Source: Chloroflexota bacterium
GTDB lineage: Bacteria > Chloroflexota > Anaerolineae > Anaerolineales > UBA4823
Direction of reading: 5' to 3'
Assembly: GCA_037443025.1 (NCBI GenBank)
Contig: JBBIPD010000002.1
Location: 1 to 37,720, forward strand
DNA length: 37,720 bases
In this document: one piece after another, positions 35,392-37,720 of the stretch
How positions within the stretch are numbered: the first letter of the stretch is position 1
Layout: each line of letters opens with the position of its first letter
Program-made: the position numbers and the translations under genes
Notes under the pieces: generated by a model
The model's input: only the letters and a program-made list of their open reading frames with translations
Told to the model about the DNA's origin: nothing
The model's database searches: none

Positions 35392-36636
35392 ATGGATAAG
35401 CGTTTGCCCGTTTTCATCGGCAATCAGGCGGTGGGTGAATTCTTGCGCTACTGCCAGGGGCAAAACCTGAAAGAGTTTTTGCTTGTTGCGGATGAGAACA
35501 CCTACCAAGTCCTTGGAGAGCATGTGGATAAGAGCTTGCGCGCTCAGGGATACGACGTGGTCACAGTGGTGCTTAAGGGGGAAGAGGTGCTTGCAAATGA
35601 ACACTACCTGATACGGGTCCTGCTAAATTACGACCGAAAGGAGCGGACTTTTTTGGCGGTGGGGTCAGGCACCATCACCGACATCACCCGCTTCACCAGC
35701 CATCGGGCGGGGAGAGGGTTTATTTCTCTGCCCACCGCGCCCTCGGTTGACGGCTTCACCTCAATTGGCGCTCCCCTGGTGGTGGGCGGCTTGAAGCAGA
35801 CGGTCATCTGTCAGCCGCCGCTGGCGGTGTTTGCCGATCTGCCCACCCTGGCGGCTGCGCCGCGGCGGATGATCGCCGCCGGCTTTGGCGACCTGGTGGG
35901 GAAATACATCTCGATTGCAGATTGGAAGTTGGGGCGGTTGCTCTGGGGCGAACGCTATGATGAGGACATCGCCGGGCGCATGCTGGGCGCGGCGCGGGAC
36001 ATCGCCGCGCATGTTGAGGATATCGCCAGCGGTTCGGTAGAGAGCATTCGTACCCTGATGGATGGGTTGATAGAGTCCGGTTTTGGCATGCTGGAGTTTG
36101 GAAATACCTCGCCTGCGGGCGGGGCGGAGCACCATATAGCGCATCATTGGGAGATGATGATGCTCAGCGATCACCGTCACGCAGCCCTGCACGGCGCCAA
36201 GGTGGGCATCGCCTCCATCATCGCTGCGAGCTGGTATGCTGAAGTGCGAGAGATGACCAGGGACGAGGCTTATCGCCGTCTGGAAAAGGCTCGCTTACCC
36301 GAACCCAAAGATGAAGAGCAGAAGATCAGAGCGATTTTTGGACCGATTACAGATGAGATATTGCCCACTCAAAAGGGTTTCATCGAGATGAGCGGGGCGC
36401 AGTTTGAAGCGTTAAAAACGCGCATCCTGAATCATTGGGGGGAGGTGCAGGAAATTACCGCGAGCGTGCCGCCGGCGCAGGATTTCAGCCGCTGGTTGGG
36501 TATGCTGGGCGGACCGACGGATCCGGCTGAGATTAATCTTAGCGAGGCGGAGGTGCGCCTGGCAAAGGATTACAGTCACTACATGCGCCAGAGGTTCACC
36601 ATCAACAAACTGCGCCTCTTATTGGGGTTACCCTGA
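35392..36636 (+). CDS. sn-glycerol-1-phosphate dehydrogenase-like enzyme (AraM/EgsA family, DHQS-like/Fe-ADH superfamily)
   Basis: 414 aa. GSGTITDITRF, LPTAPSVDGFTS, AGFGDLVGK, and a His cluster AEHHIAHHWEM. GGAGG RBS, 27 nt after the HAD gene. Confidence 0.75.
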   Translation: MDKRLPVFIGNQAVGEFLRYCQGQNLKEFLLVADENTYQVLGEHVDKSLRAQGYDVVTVVLKGEEVLANEHYLIRVLLNYDRKERTFLAVGSGTITDITRFTSHRAGRGFISLPTAPSVDGFTSIGAPLVVGGLKQTVICQPPLAVFADLPTLAAAPRRMIAAGFGDLVGKYISIADWKLGRLLWGERYDEDIAGRMLGAARDIAAHVEDIASGSVESIRTLMDGLIESGFGMLEFGNTSPAGGAEHHIAHHWEMMMLSDHRHAALHGAKVGIASIIAASWYAEVREMTRDEAYRRLEKARLPEPKDEEQKIRAIFGPITDEILPTQKGFIEMSGAQFEALKTRILNHWGEVQEITASVPPAQDFSRWLGMLGGPTDPAEINLSEAEVRLAKDYSHYMRQRFTINKLRLLLGLP

Positions 36637-36750
36637 CACCAGATGAGTCGTTAAGCCCATGTCCGGCTACCGGTTGTAAGGGTTTTGCTGGGATTGAAAC
36701 GCCCCGGCAAGCGCAGTCAGTCATCATCGGCTACCGGGGCGAGTGAATTA

Positions 36751-36770
36751 CGGCGGCTTTATTTCCGCCG
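36751..36770 (-). terminator. weak hairpin immediately after dps stop
   Basis: CGGCGG / CCGCCG 6-bp stem with an 8-nt loop. On the minus strand it is followed by TAATTCAC, which is a poor T-run. Confidence 0.3.
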
Positions 36771-36771
36771 A

Positions 36772-37266
36772 TTACTGCAGGTGCGCTTCCAGGAACCACA
36801 GCCATTTATCTAAATCGCGCACAATCTCAATGAACAGATCATTGGTCGCCATGTCGCCCAGTTCTTCCGCCTGGTCAGCAGCAGAACGGGTCGAGGCGGC
36901 AATCTGCGCCATCTGGTCAGCCAGGAATTGCACGGTCGCCATGTCCTGTAAGAGGTCTGACGGATAGGCGTCGAGGCGCGAGGCTGTCGCAGCCATGCGC
37001 ACAGTACCCATGGCAATACCGCCCAAAGCGGTGACGCGCTCTGCCAGCATGTCCACATATCCCAGCAGACCATCAGCCAGCTCGTCGAAGAGCTTGTGCA
37101 AGGCGATAAACTGCGAACCCTTGATATTCCAGTGCGCTTGTTTGATCAGGCTGAACATATCGAAAGTGTCCGCCAGTTGAGCGTTAAGAATTTTGATCAT
37201 CTGTTGACGGGTGTTCTCATCAATATCAATCCGGGTTTTAACGGGTGCGTTTATTCGGTTGTTCAT
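36772..37266 (-). CDS. dps: Dps (DNA-binding ferritin-like protein, starvation/oxidative stress)
   Basis: 164 aa from the ATG at 37266, preceded by GGAGGAAAAA. Blocks LNAQLADTFDMFSLIKQAHWNIKG..F..LH..FDE and the ferroxidase-type D...E motif. The tracked 230-aa ORF (to 37464) runs through the promoter. Confidence 0.9.
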   Translation of the reverse strand: MNNRINAPVKTRIDIDENTRQQMIKILNAQLADTFDMFSLIKQAHWNIKGSQFIALHKLFDELADGLLGYVDMLAERVTALGGIAMGTVRMAATASRLDAYPSDLLQDMATVQFLADQMAQIAASTRSAADQAEELGDMATNDLFIEIVRDLDKWLWFLEAHLQ

Positions 37267-37306
37267 TTTTTCCTCCAAAATCATAACATCACAAGATTGT
37301 ATAGAT

Positions 37307-37335
37307 ATTATACAGTAATTGCGCTTTATTGTCAA
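37307..37335 (-). promoter_or_regulatory. perfect-consensus sigma70 promoter of dps
   Basis: On the minus strand: TTGACA (37335-37330), a 17-nt spacer, then TATAAT (37312-37307). About 40-nt leader to the ATG at 37266. Confidence 0.7.
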
Positions 37336-37513
37336 TATATTGTATGGTATAATTGTACATAAGCTGCTCGACTGTTTTGGGTGATACAGCTTGTTACCTG
37401 CGGCGAATTGCTTAAGGGATTGGCTGTGTAAATCAGATTTTCGTGTAAAGGTTCTTTCAGCCAATCACACAGAGGAAAAGAATACAATAAAATTAGACAT
37501 ATCAGGAGCAAGA

Positions 37514-37720
37514 ATGAACAGAAACGCTTTGATTTGGGGTGCAGATGGCGGGATTGGACGGGCGCTTGCCAGTCATTTGCTTGACCAGGGTTGGACGGTG
37601 GTACTGACCGGCAGAAACCTTGAGCGGATGCAAAATTTGGCAGGGGTTATGGTTGAGGCGGATGTGAGCGACCCCTTCTCGGTGCAGAGTGCGGTCTCCG
37701 CAATCAGCCAGGAGGTGGAT
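37514..37720 (+). CDS. short-chain dehydrogenase/reductase (SDR), 3'-truncated at window edge
   Basis: MNRNALIWGADGGIGRALASHLLDQGWTVVLTGRN carries the SDR-like glycine-rich dinucleotide-binding motif GADGGIG (compare classical TGxxxGIG). AGGAG lies 5 nt upstream. The ORF is open to the end of the window. Confidence 0.75.
   Translation, partial: MNRNALIWGADGGIGRALASHLLDQGWTVVLTGRNLERMQNLAGVMVEADVSDPFSVQSAVSAISQEVD

Noticed and set aside
35523-35531. Perfect DnaA box TGTGGATAA inside the G1PDH-like CDS
   Set aside because: It is a single isolated 9-mer within coding sequence, compatible with chance (about 0.3 expected per window). It was not counted as origin evidence.
34579-35604. 341-aa minus-strand ORF
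   Set aside because: It is antisense to the HAD phosphatase and the start of the G1PDH-like gene. The plus-strand products carry clear family motifs, while the antisense product has none.
37267-37464. N-terminal 66-aa extension of the dps ORF
   Set aside because: The extension covers a perfect TTGACA-17-TATAAT promoter and is AT-rich. The internal ATG at 37266 has GGAGGA upstream and gives a normal-length Dps.

Overview
This is a 37.7 kb, roughly 57-60% GC, gene-dense chromosomal segment with about 35 protein genes and one tRNA. By eye the proteins look like a Chloroflexota/Terrabacteria-type bacterium; that is a low-confidence inference with no search run. Most genes are housekeeping: gdh, gatB, two class-I aminotransferases, a sugar nucleotidyltransferase, a secreted S8 protease, clpC, rpsA, glgC, tRNA-Leu(CAA), ychF, pepF, deoxynucleoside kinase and dps. 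There are also several compact modules: (a) a ChlI-like AAA+ and ChlD-C-half vWA pair packed with an aminotransferase and a lipoprotein M1 peptidase; (b) a small ORF, ArsR-fusion regulator and MFS exporter; (c) GntR, SPFH and DUF4177; (d) larB, larC, a HAD-IIA phosphatase and a glycerol-1-phosphate-dehydrogenase-like gene. No CRISPR array, transposase, integrase or obvious defence or toxin system was seen. Three signals stand out. (1) An A10 tract holds an in-frame A_AAA_AAG slippery heptamer 4 nt before the ChlI-like stop. A -1 shift or a +1 A slippage there would fuse the AAA+ module to the vWA ORF and recreate a full ChlD architecture. (2) A 514 bp AT-rich non-coding island (18944-19457) has two perfect and three 8/9 DnaA boxes, AT-rich 12-mer repeats and a 10 bp inverted repeat. 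It is a candidate oriC or DnaA-binding locus with no dnaA or dnaN in the window. (3) Two tandem parS sites sit at 30.5 kb, one of them the perfect palindrome TGTTTCACGTGAAACA, which independently suggests an origin-proximal location. All calls rest on reading the sequence and ORF translations; no database search was possible.
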